A stretch of DNA of 63,646 nucleotides, counting the filler, from Octopus bimaculoides (lineage: Eukaryota), in the NCBI RefSeq assembly GCF_001194135.2. It is 6 parts of 4 records of this genome, joined end to end, with 100 filler letters (N's around TTAATTAATTAA, not from the genome) between each part and the next. Parts side by side here need not be neighbours in the genome. Positions count along the whole stretch, not along the records: positions 19,062 to 38,429 come from NC_068987.1; 5 more parts are not named here. One strand, written 5' to 3'. Shown one piece after another: positions 23,361 to 37,516 of the stretch. The notes below the pieces were generated by a model. The model searched no databases. It saw only the letters and a list, made by a program, of their open reading frames with translations, and was not told the DNA's origin. How positions within the stretch are numbered: position 1 is the first letter of the stretch; every line of letters begins with the position of its first letter. The position numbers were made by a program, and so were the translations under genes.

Positions 23361-26300
23361 TTGAGTGGCTGATCTTCATTTATCCAATATATAAATAGTC
23401 TTCTTCTACCCCACTTCAGTGTTGGTGTCAGCAGAGCCAATGGATGGCAACTGACGCAGATGACAATATACCGTCATTCTAGGCTAGCAGCCATGATGCA
23501 GGGAAAACAACTGGAATAATGTTTCATTGTCTGGACACATACTAAGTCAGTGGGTAACATGTAGTCTGAAAATCCAGTTACTCACTTTGGCAATGTTATG
23601 CATCCTCACAAGGTTCAGGTTTTCAGATTGTATTGTTAATGAGAATATTATGTAAAACTGAGTTTGATGGACATACATCTATTTGTAACTTTACAAAATG
23701 TGCTTGACGAGAATCTGTGTCGAGTGTGAAGGACCTTCTAGCGCATCATTCATACCCAGTCAAGTAAGGACCTAATAGCTTTGTGGTTGTGATTAGGGTG
23801 TCCGTGACAACGAAACATTGCCAATTCCGTAATTTCAAACACTTGGGAACAGATCTGCTTTGTGGGATCCCAGAACATGGATGCATTCTCCATTGAATGC
23901 ATACGTTATCATTCAGGGTGTCTGTTAATTATTGGTGGTTGATGCGTCTTAAATCCAGACAGTAGATCTTTCCTTGAACCTACCAGTATCACAGGGTTGT
24001 GACCATGACTTCAGCCGTTTCTATAGCTTTAGATGAATGCAAATCGGAGCAGTTGTGACTCCCTTCAAACTCTTAGAAACACATCATCTTTATGATGGGG
24101 TCCTACTCTTGTGGATATTGTCTTCATTGGGCGCGAGGGGAATAACATAAAAAATTTCGTAGTTTCTTCTGTTTACTTCCTTAGTTCTTTCTCTATCCTT
24201 TGATTTTTTAAATCTACTACAGCTACTCCTTCTCTCGCTTTCTCTCTCCCCCCCCTCTCTCTCTCTCTCTCTCTCGCTAAGTGTATGTGTTTGGGCACCT
24301 ATCCATCTGTATATATCATATATATCACACATATTTATATCAAACGAATTAATTTATTCTTGCCACTCAAGTCTGAGACGGCAATTTCTTTGCTTCTTCT
24401 TTCACCTCTATATGTATACACCGAAACGAGTTCATTATTTTGTGTTTATCTTCTTCATTGTTTCATTTGTTAAATCATTATATGTTTTCTCAGCTTTTCT
24501 TATCTTCAACTCTGTTGTTGTTTGGTTTCCTCTCTTGTTTAACTTTATGCTGTTCTTGAAGTTTTGTATACATTATAGTTTAAGTCATATATTTTACTAA
24601 TTCGCAATTTCATTTTTTTTCCTCCACTCTCTTATTTATCTACAAATACTGTTGCTGTTCTCAATATCCGTATCCAATTTGTTTATTTTTATGATCCGTG
24701 TCTGATATTATTTTTCAGTTCTTTTGCACTCATTATATATTTCATTAGTACATGATATATATTTTTGAAAGGGTTTCCAGTCCATCTTATTCAGGTGGAA
24801 GTTGTGGGTCTTTGGTGTCCTCTTTACATTGTTCCATTTGTCTCTTGCTTATTCATTTGCAGTGTTTTGTATATCTATTAAAATATTGCGTTGACATCTG
24901 AGAAAGATATTCTTAAGTCACAAATAATTTTCAAAATATCTTGTGAGACGAACCGACAAAATCCAATAATACATAGTATCAGAAATGGAAGAAAGATTTA
25001 GCAGCATTCCAATATAGAGTAAACAAAGCAGACCGACAAACTGAGACAGAGATAACCAAGGAAAATGTTGACCAATGAAATCAATGAATTATGTAACAAG
25101 CAACATCGTATATCAATCAGCGAACAAGTTAGAGGTAAACGACAGTCGACCCCAAAATATTACACGATTTAATGATATTATAACCGTCCGATGTGAAGTC
25201 ACTGACTAAAAAAAAAGTAAAGAATCAGCAATTTGTAATTGGAGAAGTAATCAAGAAAACTAAAGATCAACCGGTTTCATATACACGTGCATATGTGTGT
25301 GTGTGTATGTGTGTGCATCAATGTGTTTATGCACACACACGAACACACATCCACATCCACACACACAAGCCGTCTAAGAATCCATTTTGTCAGAATGAAT
25401 ACGCATGTGTATATGGATTAATAGAGTGGGTATATTGATCAATGTATATAGTATCATTGATTCATTACAGCTGGACAGATATTAATCCTGCAAGCATGCC
25501 AACTTCTTTAACCTCACCCTTTACACCTATATTTAACAACAGAAATGTTGCTGCATCAAAACTAACACGTGCTTTTTTGTGGGGAGGAGGGCCAAAGGGC
25601 TTAACTGTCAATTAATCGTGTAATTGACTAGTACGCATTCGTTTCATCGGTTTTTATATCAACTAGAAACCGGATGTGACATTTCTGCACCTCCAACAAC
25701 AAAGAGCAGTTGGCTGATTTTTTTTCTACACCAGCCATCCCTAAAGAGCTGGTGTATATGATGGCTAACTAGTTATCTAAAATCCAATGCAAAGCCGATT
25801 GATAAGATTAATTAAGATGGACCTATAATATTTGGTTTACATTTTATATATCTAAATACATCTGCAGCATTTAGTTGTCTATGTGTATATGTGTGTACTC
25901 ATAGGTGCGTGTATGCGTGTGAGTACAGAATTAAACAAACTTCATAGTAAATACTTTGTTGCAATCTCGTTCGATTTACTTGAAGAATAATTGATGTTAT
26001 TTCGATATGTGTCTAAAACACACGCCTCGTTTTCCAGATGTGATGACTATGTTACCAATTTCATGCTTTAAATGTGATGTTATCACTATCTTTCTGGTCA
26101 TGGACGTGAATGTTGCTTAGGAATATATTTACGAACGAGTGATAATAATAGGAAAACTGATAGCAATGGTAAAAATGAATATATTAAGATCAATAAGTAG
26201 AATCAAAGTTCTTTGAAATCATAGAAATTAACAGAAATATATATTCCTAAATATAAAAATATGCTTGTAGAAATGAAGATGGCTTCCTTTCAGTTGGGAT

Positions 26301-29130
26301 ATTTATCTTTCTGAAAATTGGTTCAATTAAAGATGTCCTGTGTATAGGCAATAATAACAAAAAAATGGTAGAACAAAGATTATTAAATTCAAGATTTAAT
26401 TATAATAAACTTACATTATAATCTTTCTAATAACATCAAAAACAGGAGCAGCGGCAACTATAAGAACAACACTAACAATAGAAACCTGATAAATGCAATT
26501 GCATCGTTGCTTGATCTGTTAGGATTAAGTCAAATATATATTAAACTAAGTTTTAACGTCATATAGGAGGAATCCTTATATCAAGGTTAACATAGATTAA
26601 CCAATAACTACAAAATATACCCACAACAGCAATGGCACTATCGACAACAAATATTGTAACAACAACATTAATGACACTTGAAAAATTTCTTTACTGCAAC
26701 GATCACGAATAATAACAAGAGAAAATAAATACAGTTAGGGTCGTACAGATATAATAATCCGTTGATTGTGTCATCGTTTAATGTTTCGTGATCTGTTCAT
26801 AGTTCTTGAGTTTTAAATATCCACAATGCCGTCGTCTGGCATACATTTGGTTGCGTTTAACGAATGCTGTTTTGTCGAGGTCTGTCTTTATTGGAAAACT
26901 CTTTGACAAAAGGAGTTATAATGTTAAGTGTCATGTTTTTTTGTTTGTTGTTTCGAAACATAGATTTAAACAACATTAACACGATTTTATATAAGTCATT
27001 TATAATTTCATTATATAACTGCGTTAATATTACATTACAAAATTCAAAGTAAACTCTAACAGCTGCCGATGAAGATTCTAACATGCTAGACCACATCTTC
27101 AAAAGGACTTTTCTAATTTATTATCATGAAGTAGCTAACGTATACACCCTAAAATTTGGCCAAAGTGCTACTATATCCCCTGTGTATTTTCCACTGCAAT
27201 TATTCTGGTTGCTGTTCCTCGAAGTTAACTTGGCTATTGTCATCTCCAAAGAGGTACTACCTTCCTGTTCGTCTCTCACTTTCCCATCAGAACTCTATGA
27301 ATCTCTACTGCGTACCTTTATTCCCAGAAAGTATACGTCTGGATTTATTTCCCTGCTCATCTATTTGACCGCAATGAATCAATGACACTAATGTAAACGG
27401 TCTGCGTGTGACTTCTAAATTCTATGGGTTTTGTCCCTTCCTCCAGACCATCCAAGTAAATATTATTCAACGCTTTTACTATTACGTAATATATTTTAAA
27501 GCAGTTATTTTGTTATTTAGAGAGGTTCATGTGAAAAATACTGCATACTATGCTGTCTCTTTCCTTGATTTAAAAAAAAAGCTGTATTTTGTCCATTAAC
27601 ATTAACTTAAGATTCAATGGAGAAGATTTATTGTTTAAGTACGTTCCAGCCATGACAAACTCATATTTAATACAGACATAATGTATTAAATTATCTTTGA
27701 CACCTGTGTCTATGATGTTGGATTATATAACTTAATGCTGTAATCAGCTAGACGATTTTCAAACGGATGTGTGTTTCGTCGGTTTGTGTTTCTCATAGTT
27801 TATTCCTCGTTCACTTCCCACAGCCAAGGCGACATTTAAACACGCTTTCCATTAAATTCTGTCAACACAACTATTCTAGCGTCGATATGAAAATAAATGA
27901 TGACTGAATAACAATCATCAACAACTGTAACCAAAATAACAATTGCCTACCGCTAACGTTAACTAAAACGACTTTCAGACAAACAAGAAAAAACAAACAA
28001 CTCTTAGTTGTGAACAATTCGCCAAAAACAACAACGTAAAAACAACTCCAGAAATAGCATCCGAGATTCAGTAACAATCAATGAATTGTGTTTAACAACA
28101 GAGGTCAGTGCTGCCACCTGCCAAGTTGAGAACTCATAATGCGTTTTTTTTGTCTTTTCCTTTTTGCCGTTGTTAAATTTCAAGAAGAGGCTTGAAATTG
28201 AAAGAAAATAATATCGAGGAATAGAATTTCACTTGCAATCAACTGAGGTAATGTGGAATAGATTGGAAGAAGGAGGTATGGCGGGGATGGGGTTGTTGTA
28301 GAGAAAGAGAGGGAGAGAGAAAGGGGAGAGAACGGATATGACAGAAAGAGAAGGATAGAGGGAAGTGAGTTTGAGAGAGGGGAATGTTTGTGAGAGAGAA
28401 TTCGTTATTTCTCAAGAAACGACATTACGGGTTAGTGGGGAGAGGAAAGGACAGAAAGGGAAAATGAAGAAGCAATATTAAGGGCTGGGCGTAATGAGGG
28501 ATGTGAGGAAATCGTATTAGAGTAAAGGATATTGTTACAGTAACAGGGTTAAGTTAGTTGAAATGGTAGTTAGGATAGCATTTAAATTTGGTTTCTAATA
28601 GTGATCCTCTATTTGTAGTTCATTTAGTTGTGGTTGCTAAGCAATGTGACGCTTCGTTGTGGTTGCTAACAGTGATAATGTAGTTGCGGCCGTTAACAGG
28701 GCTCATGTGGACGTTAGTAGCATTGTTCTTGAATTTGAGATCTTTTACTCACAACTTGGCCCAAATCGAGCAGGTCAACGTTCAATGGTATCCCAGCTAC
28801 GATCATTCAAAATTTTTGCAGGCATTATAAGTTCCGAACTGCACTATTCAATACGTCCTGTTTTCAATTCGTTAGTTTGCTATGAGAGTGACATTCGGAT
28901 GCTCTTTTGAGCAGTTCTCACAACCGTGTATATGGTTCCGTCCCCTTGAGTTGTATTTATAATGTATCAGTGCCCAGCAATGGTAACCACTGTTCCAGTT
29001 GTATACCAACTGTATTTATAGAAATGAATAGGATAACATCGTCCACTTTGTAATTTTGTTACTTAAGACAATGCTATGTTATTCAAGAGAATTAACGCCT
29101 GTTTTTAAAGGCTCGAGTGACCATGTAGAT

Positions 29131-29349
29131 CAACGGTTCTCAACCATTATTTGTATGGAGCCCTCTCATTCTTCTTTTACTCTACTGCGCTTCTGTAGTC
29201 ATTCAATGTAAATAAAAATTTAAAAATTCTGTATTTTTATAATTAAATATTATCAATGATTGTATCAAAATTTAAATAATTTGTGTGTTATCGAAGTGTA
29301 AGCAATTTTAACAACCAAATCTTATATGGACCCCGTTTGGGAACCGCTG
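29131..29349. mobile_element. hAT-like MITE
   Basis: Ends CAACGGTTCTCAA and TTGGGAACCGCTG are imperfect TIRs of the CAGTGGTT(C/T)CAA hAT type. The 8-bp TSD is not preserved. Confidence 0.45.
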
Positions 29350-30869
29350 TCTCTCCCATGGTTCCATCATTGTTTGTTGTTTCAGCTATAGTGTCGTTAC
29401 CTTAACTGACAATGGGATATTGTTGTCCCGGATCTTATGATTGTTGACTTACATATCACTCGTATTATTGTGGTAATATTACTGTTGTTAATGAATAAAT
29501 CGCATTACGATGCTGCTGCTGCCTCTGTTGCTGCTGCCTCTGCTGCTACTGCTGCTGCTGCCTCTGCTGCTGTTGCTGCTGCCTCTGCTGCTGTTGCTGC
29601 CTCTGCTGCTCCTGCTGCTGTTTGTTATTGTTGATGTCAACTTCGGTGGCATTTAGAGTCGAATGTAAATGTTGATGAAGAAGACGTTAGAAAGAGACGT
29701 TGCTACTGTTAATGATGCCGACTGATATGGCAGCTACATTCAAAAGTGAAAACGTTAGGACTATTTGGTTAGAGTGACACACCGGTATTTTATTTGTTAT
29801 TGTTGTTATGTTACCCGCCTGTTACATTATTGTGTAAATGTTGCTAGTGATATGATACCATAGTGATGATTTTGTCGTTGATACTGTGCTTTTCATCAGC
29901 CAAAACACTAAAACTACTCTAATGTAAATATTTTTGTTGCTATCTAAACAAAGTGGTCCTCCAGTGACATTGCTCCGTTGCTGTTGTTGTTGTTTTTGGT
30001 GTTGATGTTGATGCAATTTTTAACTAAGATAGCAGATACAGAATGTTGTAAATGCTACTGGTGATACCTTAGAAATGATATAATAATGTATTGTTGTGTA
30101 CATAATACTATTTACACTTTGTTACCTATTATTAATGAGCTGGTTGAATCGTTAGTGCTGCAGTAAAAATGCTTTGTGACATTTCTTCCGTCTCTTTGCA
30201 TCCTTGGTTTTAATGCCACCGAGGTTGACTTTACCTTTCATCATTTAGTGATCGATAAAAAAAATTACCTTCTGAATACTGGAGTTAATATAATCAATTT
30301 GACCCTTCCATGCAAAATTACTAACCAATATAAGAAAGAATTATAATACAACTATACGCAGGCGTTCCACAGATGACAATCCCATATGTTGTAGAGACCT
30401 ATATAACTTTCCTAATAATAGTCACTTTGTCCCTGTAAAATTATCATCCATCAAAGACATTTTAAAATCTTGTTACTATTATTGTTAATCTTACCTTTAT
30501 TGAGCTTAATTATTAGTTACAAAATATTCTTTGGTTTATTAGTTCTTTAATCTCCGTATGTTGGTCGTTTGTAATCGTTTCCTTATTTGATTTACTAAGT
30601 CAAAGATATCTACATAGAACTTTACGTATCAAATCATATATTCGAATGGCAAGTTCTCTTCTTTTTATTAAGAGATGACATTTTGTTATTGTATTCGGTT
30701 CTTGATATTTTGCTAATATTTTTTGTTTCGGGTGAATGCTCTTGACCATGTAAGAACCCAAGTAACTTTGTGTGTACTACAAGCATTTATTTCTTATTTT
30801 CCCACAACTTTTGACACTATGACAAAGTCTTCAGCCAAATATAAACACCGCATGCTTGCTGACGGAGCT

Positions 30870-31100
30870 TCATTTCAATAAAGGAATCAGAGGCATTTCC
30901 TGAGCCATTTCCCGGATTCTGTGGCTTATTCATTCCTTTTCATCCTGGACAGGTTTTCGTCTGTCGCTGGATTATATTTTTTTCTCAGTCGAGTACAATG
31001 GAACAACAAATATGTGTAACTCAGGAACAAAATGCATTACCTCGTCCAAGAATTGAAACCAGTCTTACGATCATGAGTGCAACAACTTAACTACTAAGCC
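30870..31100 (-). mobile_element. tRNA-derived SINE (family B-like), degenerate
   Basis: Minus strand TGGCTTAGTAGTTAAG A-box and TGGTTTCAATTC B-box-like motif. Confidence 0.5.
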
Positions 31101-31601
31101 AACTGACACCACACCTTGTCCCGTTGCACATAACCATTACCCATTAGTGTAGTTATTGATGTGTTGTCGCAGTTGTTTAGCTCTGGTTGAGAGATCCTCT
31201 AACCAAAGTCATTCAAAGTCTCTCTTTATCTTTACAAACATAGTGTATCAGGGATTCCATTCTCCGATATCATATCTTCATATAGAAGCGTTGATTTGAA
31301 GGAGATTAAGATGGCATTAAAATTAATTAATTAAACCACCTTGTATACAACACCGTAGGATGTTTAGTGTTATTATCGTTTGATGAAAGTTCGTATGTCC
31401 TAATTTTGATGTTGTTGTTGAGGTTATTGGTCAAATTTACGTAGCAATTCCAGATTATATCTGACACATCTTATCCCCAAGCAACATAATTCGGATTATT
31501 ATGAGGTGGGCTGAAATGGATTTCTAATATATGTAGAAAGTAATTTCATCTTTTCCCATACGATTATAGAATATTCAACACATATTTTGCTTATTGCTCA
31601 C

Positions 31602-31674
<73 letters not shown>

Positions 31675-32170
31675 TAGAATATGTCTATAGAGCTACATTC
31701 GCAAAGAAAATCCGAGATGGTCATAAAATATTGATTGATGCAACTGATCTAATATTAAAAAATCGAATTAAAATCCAGAAGTCAATTTACCAGCCCTGAA
31801 GAAGAATCTGTTTCTGATTTATCGAAATTTACTAAGATTTTTTGTATGCACACACATAGATACACATATCCATATTTCTCTATGGTAATATAGAATTCAT
31901 GAAAACTATTTCATTCCATTATCAACCCTGGAAACCAATCAATGTTGATCTACATATATACATATACGTACATCATATGTGTGTGTATGTATGTGTTTTG
32001 CATGTATGTATGTTTGTATGCATGTGAGTATATGTATGTTTATTAAAGTTGAAATATCCTCACAAACTGTATGTCTGAGGCCCACCTTAACGTTCGTCAG
32101 ACAGTTGTGATCACGACTATCCAACGAACGGTATTCAAATACGGTTTGTTTTGCTTGTATGTGCTTACTC

Positions 32171-32202
<32 letters not shown>

Positions 32203-32371
32203 NNNNNNNNNNNNNNNNNNNNNNNNNNNNNNNNNNNNNNNNNNNNNNNNNNNNNNNNNNNNNNNNNNNNNNNNNNNNNNNNNNNNNNNNNNNNNNNNNN
32301 NNNNNNNNNNNNNNNNNNNNNNNNNNNNNNNNNNNNNNNNNNNNNNNNNNNNNNNNNTATATATATCATCA

Positions 32372-32850
32372 ACATCATCATCATCATCATCTAACGTCCG
32401 CTTTCCGTGCTGGCATGGTTTGGACGATTTGACGGAGGACTGGCGAACCAGATGGTTGCACCAGGCTCCAATCTGATCTGGCAGAGTTTCTACAGCTGGA
32501 TGCCTTTCCTAATGCCAACCACTCCGAGAGTGTAGTGGATGCTTTTACGTTCCACCGGCACGAGGCCCAACCAAGCGGTACTGGCAACGGTCACGCTCAA
32601 ATGGTATTTTTTACGTGCCATCTGCACAGGAGCCAGTCCAGCGGCACTGGCAACGTCCACGCTCGAATATTTTTTCACGTGCCACCAGCACAAGTGCCAG
32701 TAGGGCAACGCTGGTAGCAATCATGCTGGTATCGTGCTATTCATGTGCCACTGGCACAGAAGCCAGTCAGCTGTTCTGGGAATGATCACGCTCGGATGGT
32801 GCTCTTAGCGCTCCACTAGCACGGATGCAAGTCATCGAATTTGATTTCGA
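32372..32850 (-). mobile_element. SINE-like element with (GAT)n tail and internal tandem repeats
   Basis: Same family as 59348-59550 (GTTAGGAAGGGCATCCAGCTGTAGAAAC...GCATGGAAAGCGGACGTTA then (GAT)n). Three internal GTGCCA..GCACAG.AGCCAG units. Confidence 0.75.
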
Positions 32851-33256
32851 TTTCGTTTATATATATATATTAGAAGATTTGGAGGTGATGTACAGATATT
32901 ATATATTAGAAAGAATAAGGTATTCAGAGATCTGGATGTTTGTACATATACAAATATTTATTAACATGTCATGTTTTTACAAATCACATATTTTCATCTA
33001 CTCTAATAGATTCTTCAGACTTAAATTGTGTGAAGGAATTTTTCTCTTTTTATAGTATTAGTGAATGGGTTAGGGCGGAGAGAGAGAGGGGGAAAAAGAG
33101 TAACGTGGAGTGTAAAGGGTAGGGAAATTGGGTGAGGATGGAGAGATTGTGGAGGGAGAAAGTGTATGCGTGTGTGTGTTTGTGTGTGTGTGCGCGCGCG
33201 TGTGTGTGCCTGTGTATCTGGAAGGAAGTGTTTTTAACAGGAGATAAAGAAACAGA

Positions 33257-33338
<82 letters not shown>

Positions 33339-34519
33339 NNNNNNNNNNNNNNNNNNNNNNNNNNNNNNNNNNNNNNNNNNNNNNNNNNNNNNNNNNNNNN
33401 NNNNNNNNNNNNNNNNNNNNNNNNNNNNNNNNNNNNNNNNNNNNNNNNNNNNNNNNNNNNNNNNNNNNNNNNNNNNNNNNNNNNNNNNNNNNNNNNNNNN
33501 NNNNNNNNNNNNNNNNNNNNNNNNNNNNNNNNNNNNNNNNNNNNNNNNNNNNNNNNNNNNNNNNNNNNNNNNNNNNNNNNNNNNNNNNNNNNNNNNNNNN
33601 NNNNNNNNNNNNNNNNNNNNNNNNNNNNNNNNNNNNNNNNNNNNNNNNNNNNNNNNNNNNNNNNNNNNNNNNNNNNNNNNNNNNNNNNNNNNNNNNNNNN
33701 NNNNNNNNNNNNNNNNNNNNNNNNNNNNNNNNNNNNNNNNNNNNNNNNNNNNNNNNNNNNNNNNNNNNNNNNNNNNNNNNNNNNNNNNNNNNNNNNNNNN
33801 NNNNNNNNNNNNNNNNNNNNNNNNNNNNNNNNNNNNNNNNNNNNNNNNNNNNNNNNNNNNNNNNNNNNNNNNNNNNNNNNNNNNNNNNNNNNNNNNNNNN
33901 NNNNNNNNNNNNNNNNNNNNNNNNNNNNNNNNNNNNNNNNNNNNNNNNNNNNNNNNNNNNNNNNNNNNNNNNNNNNNNNNNNNNNNNNNNNNNNNNNNNN
34001 NNNNNNNNNNNNNNNNNNNNNNNNNNNNNNNNNNNNNNNNNNNNNNNNNNNNNNNNNNNNNNNNNNNNNNNNNNNNNNNNNNNNNNNNNNNNNNNNNNNN
34101 NNNNNNNNNNNNNNNNNNNNNNNNNNNNNNNNNNNNNNNNNNNNNNNNNNNNNNNNNNNNNNNNNNNNNNNNNNNNNNNNNNNNNNNNNNNNNNNNNNNN
34201 NNNNNNNNNNNNNNNNNNNNNNNNNNNNNNNNNNNNNNNNNNNNNNNNNNNNNNNNNNNNNNNNNNNNNNNNNNNNNNNNNNNNNNNNNNNNNNNNNNNN
34301 NNNNNATTTTGGTTTGTAGACACCTACAACAACTTTGTGTAGGTCTCCCTGGTTTTTGGGGGTAGAATTTTGAAAAGTTGTGGGCCCTTAAAACCGAAGC
34401 TAAAGCAGGATATGCTCCCACGTCTTGATGGGGATGTTTGGTCTTTTGGCACTATGCAGTGGCCCCTCCTTCTGGTGTTCTTGTTTCTTCTAATTTCATA
34501 GTATAATGCAAGTCTTTTC

Positions 34520-34576
34520 AGGATTTATATCACCACACACACGCACACACGCACACAGAAGCACGCACACACAGGG

Positions 34577-34607
<31 letters not shown>

Positions 34608-34830
34608 GGGAGAAGGAAGAAAATGACAGAGTCAAATACACATACATACACACACAGAGGCACTCACATACACAGGCACGCATACACGCATACACGCATA
34701 CACACACAGAGGGAAATGGAAGAAGATAGCACCGTCAAATAGACACACACACACACAGGCACTCACGCGCATACGCACACTCAGAGGGAGAAGTAAAGAG
34801 ATGACAGAGTCAAATAAACACACACACCTC
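34520..34830. repeat. Minisatellite: three CAGAGGGAGAAG..GATGACAGAGTCAAATA units with CA-rich spacers
   Basis: Direct reading. Confidence 0.75.
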
Positions 34831-37473
34831 AGGCTTGCTACATTATTTTACTCATTTAACTTGTTTACTTTTATAGTTTTTGTTGTTTTTCTTTAACTTG
34901 CCCTTGCTTCTATTCTTCCCTCGTTTAATCTTTTTGGGGGGAATACAATGGAAGCTGGAAATCAATATTGTGGTTTATGAGAATTATCATGTGCAATTAA
35001 TGTTCATGCCAACCTCATCTCTGATCGGTTAGATGTACCTTTAGATATATTCCTACCGTGGCTATCCCGTCATTCTAATAGTATCTAAGTCTATATTATT
35101 CATTTTAGCTTTCCGGAGTGGGCGTATGGTGAAAGATATTTAAGAATTATTTTTGGCAGATCGTGTATCTACCTAGACGTAGCTTCAGTTACTTGTTTAC
35201 TCTTGTTTGAAATGGCTGAGTCTTAACGTTCCCCTTGCCGGTGATCTTGCATTGCTTTTGCTGAAGTTGTTCGGGGACGGTAATGCTGCTATTTAACAAC
35301 AAGAACAAGTTGGATTAAAGATAAAGAATCTTATACTCAGAAGGAACCGCAAAACAAGGCCGAGAAATAGACTTAGTGAATGATCAGTTTCTATTGACTG
35401 GTAACATTGGCACAAGACTATTGACGTCTATATGACACTTTGTATGTTTTCAATATATACACACTTGTAATACGCGCGAACGTGATTGGGTGTACTTACG
35501 TCTATCTGTTTATGTTGACTGTATGAATGTGTGCAGTCAGGTGCGTGAGTAAATGTACGAAAATATTGTCTGTCTGTGAACGTGAATGTCATGAGTGGAA
35601 TGCCCGGAGCACTGTGTGTGTGTATGTATGTATTTTTATTTGAAGTAGGATATAAATTACTCCGTTGTTGCGTTTGACTGTGCGTGTCTAAGAGCAACAG
35701 GTGGTCAAGACATGTATCGAGAGAAAGCATAGCTTAAGGATAAATTATATGTGTCCTGTCAATATCGATGTACAAAGCACATGTAGAAAATATTATGGTC
35801 TTAGCAGAAATACACGTAATCACACTTTCACTCACATTTGTTAATCCTTGCTCGGAATCTTTGCTATTTAGATAATGGAACTACGTCTCACTGGTTTCTT
35901 TAAGGGGATGTTGATGGGAGAAATAACAAGATTTTGGTGAGATGTTAGTCTGTTGCGGTTAATTGTACTGTAAAATTGATAAAGTAAAAATGGATTCGAC
36001 ATTGCGGCACTGGAAAGGAAATGTAAGGGATAACAACACGTTGCGAAATATTTCGGTGGCGAATTAATCTCACTAACAGGAACGCTTATGCACTCTCATA
36101 GACGCACACATATTATAGACGTGTACATACCTGAACGCGCGCACGCACGAACCTTTATAAGTTTATATATAAGTAAATGTATATGTATATGTACATATGT
36201 AAACAGCAATGACGAAACCAGTTTGACTTTGAATCTCTTTAACAATTCAAAATAATGAATTTAATTCCTTTTAATTCTACCTCAGTTCATCTAATTATAT
36301 TTATTTATCACTACTTTTCATAAAAAGCCTTTATCTTTTTTATATTCAATGTGCATTTTCGCTTTTTTTTCTTCTTACTTTCCCCATATATATTCCACGT
36401 GTAGTTTCTATTTTCTTTTTGAAACATAAAGAGACAGCCTCTCAAGGTGAAATCAAAATTTGATAACCCTACAAGACTAGGCGAAAGCGCTAATTTATAA
36501 AACATGTGACATATGAATAAAAATCTATAAATGTACAACCACCCACGCATCTGGGTACCTGATTATTATTATTTTTTCTAATATATAATTCCTGTACATC
36601 ACCTCCAAACCTTCCAGTATATATATATACACAAGTGGTCTGATCAATAAATATCCGAAATGTTGCTATACTAACGAAGCTAAAGCCTATACACTTGTAC
36701 ATGGCTCATACACTTTCTGCAACTTTGCGTAGGCATCTCTACATCTCTGTGATGGTCAATGTGGCGTACAGCGATAGTCAATGCACATATCTCTGTGTGG
36801 ATTTCAATTGGATCCAGGAGTGGACCTCCTAGTTACTAGGGTTCTCAGGAGTACCCAGCTCCGGATAAGTAACATCTGTCAGTATTCCAGTCATGAGTAA
36901 ATTTAGATATCATTGCAGGAAGGTCGCTCATAGACGCTCGAATGGACCCAGAGCACATGGGGTCCTTCAGTTCTTGGTCGCTCTTTAAAAGAAGGTGCGT
37001 CCATACAAAACCCGCATCCTTAAAACTACTGAGCCCGTGGCTGGTATGAAGGAAGAGAGCGTGGGATTGGCTCTGTAGAAATCATATCCAATATGGTAAT
37101 ATTCATCGTTCAGGAAATCAAGACACCAGCACACCATGGCACTTACTTTATTCGTCCAGTGGTGATTGAGAAAGAAGTGACGGAGACAGGAAGTCATCCG
37201 CTTTGACGCTGCACACACAGAGCTAAAGTGTAACGCTCATAAGCATTCTGTAATGAGTGTCACACTTTAGCCGTCTTTCATTTTTGTTTTGTAACATGAG
37301 AGTCTACAAGCTGTGTATGCTCAAATATGCGGACATATACATACTTCGGTGTATATGTGCAAATCAAAGTTATATACCTACTTAGCTTGTGTGTGAGCGG
37401 CCATGTGTATACAGGTGCAAGTAGATTCCTGCTGTTATTTCTTCTCAACCAAATTCTGAACAGTTTTGACTAC

Positions 37474-37516
37474 TTCAGGCTGATGAGGAGCAATGATTCA
37501 GAAACATGTCCCTCAA
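37474..37516 (+). ncRNA. Minimal type I hammerhead ribozyme-like motif
   Basis: UUCAGG-CUGAUGA-GGAGCAAUGAUUCA-GAAA-CAUG-UC-CCUCAA. Palindromic helix III ACAUGU, GUC triplet, helix I 5 of 6 bp. Helix II has a G-A mismatch at its base. Confidence 0.6.

Noticed and set aside
23690-25260. Faint RTE-like (23.7-24.1 kb) and Penelope-RT-like (24.9-25.3 kb) remnants
   Set aside because: Too degenerate to support by eye.
29437-29634. Poly-Ala / poly-Gln protein
   Set aside because: (GCT/CAG)n repeat. The minus poly-Gln frame has an internal TAG and there is no exon context.
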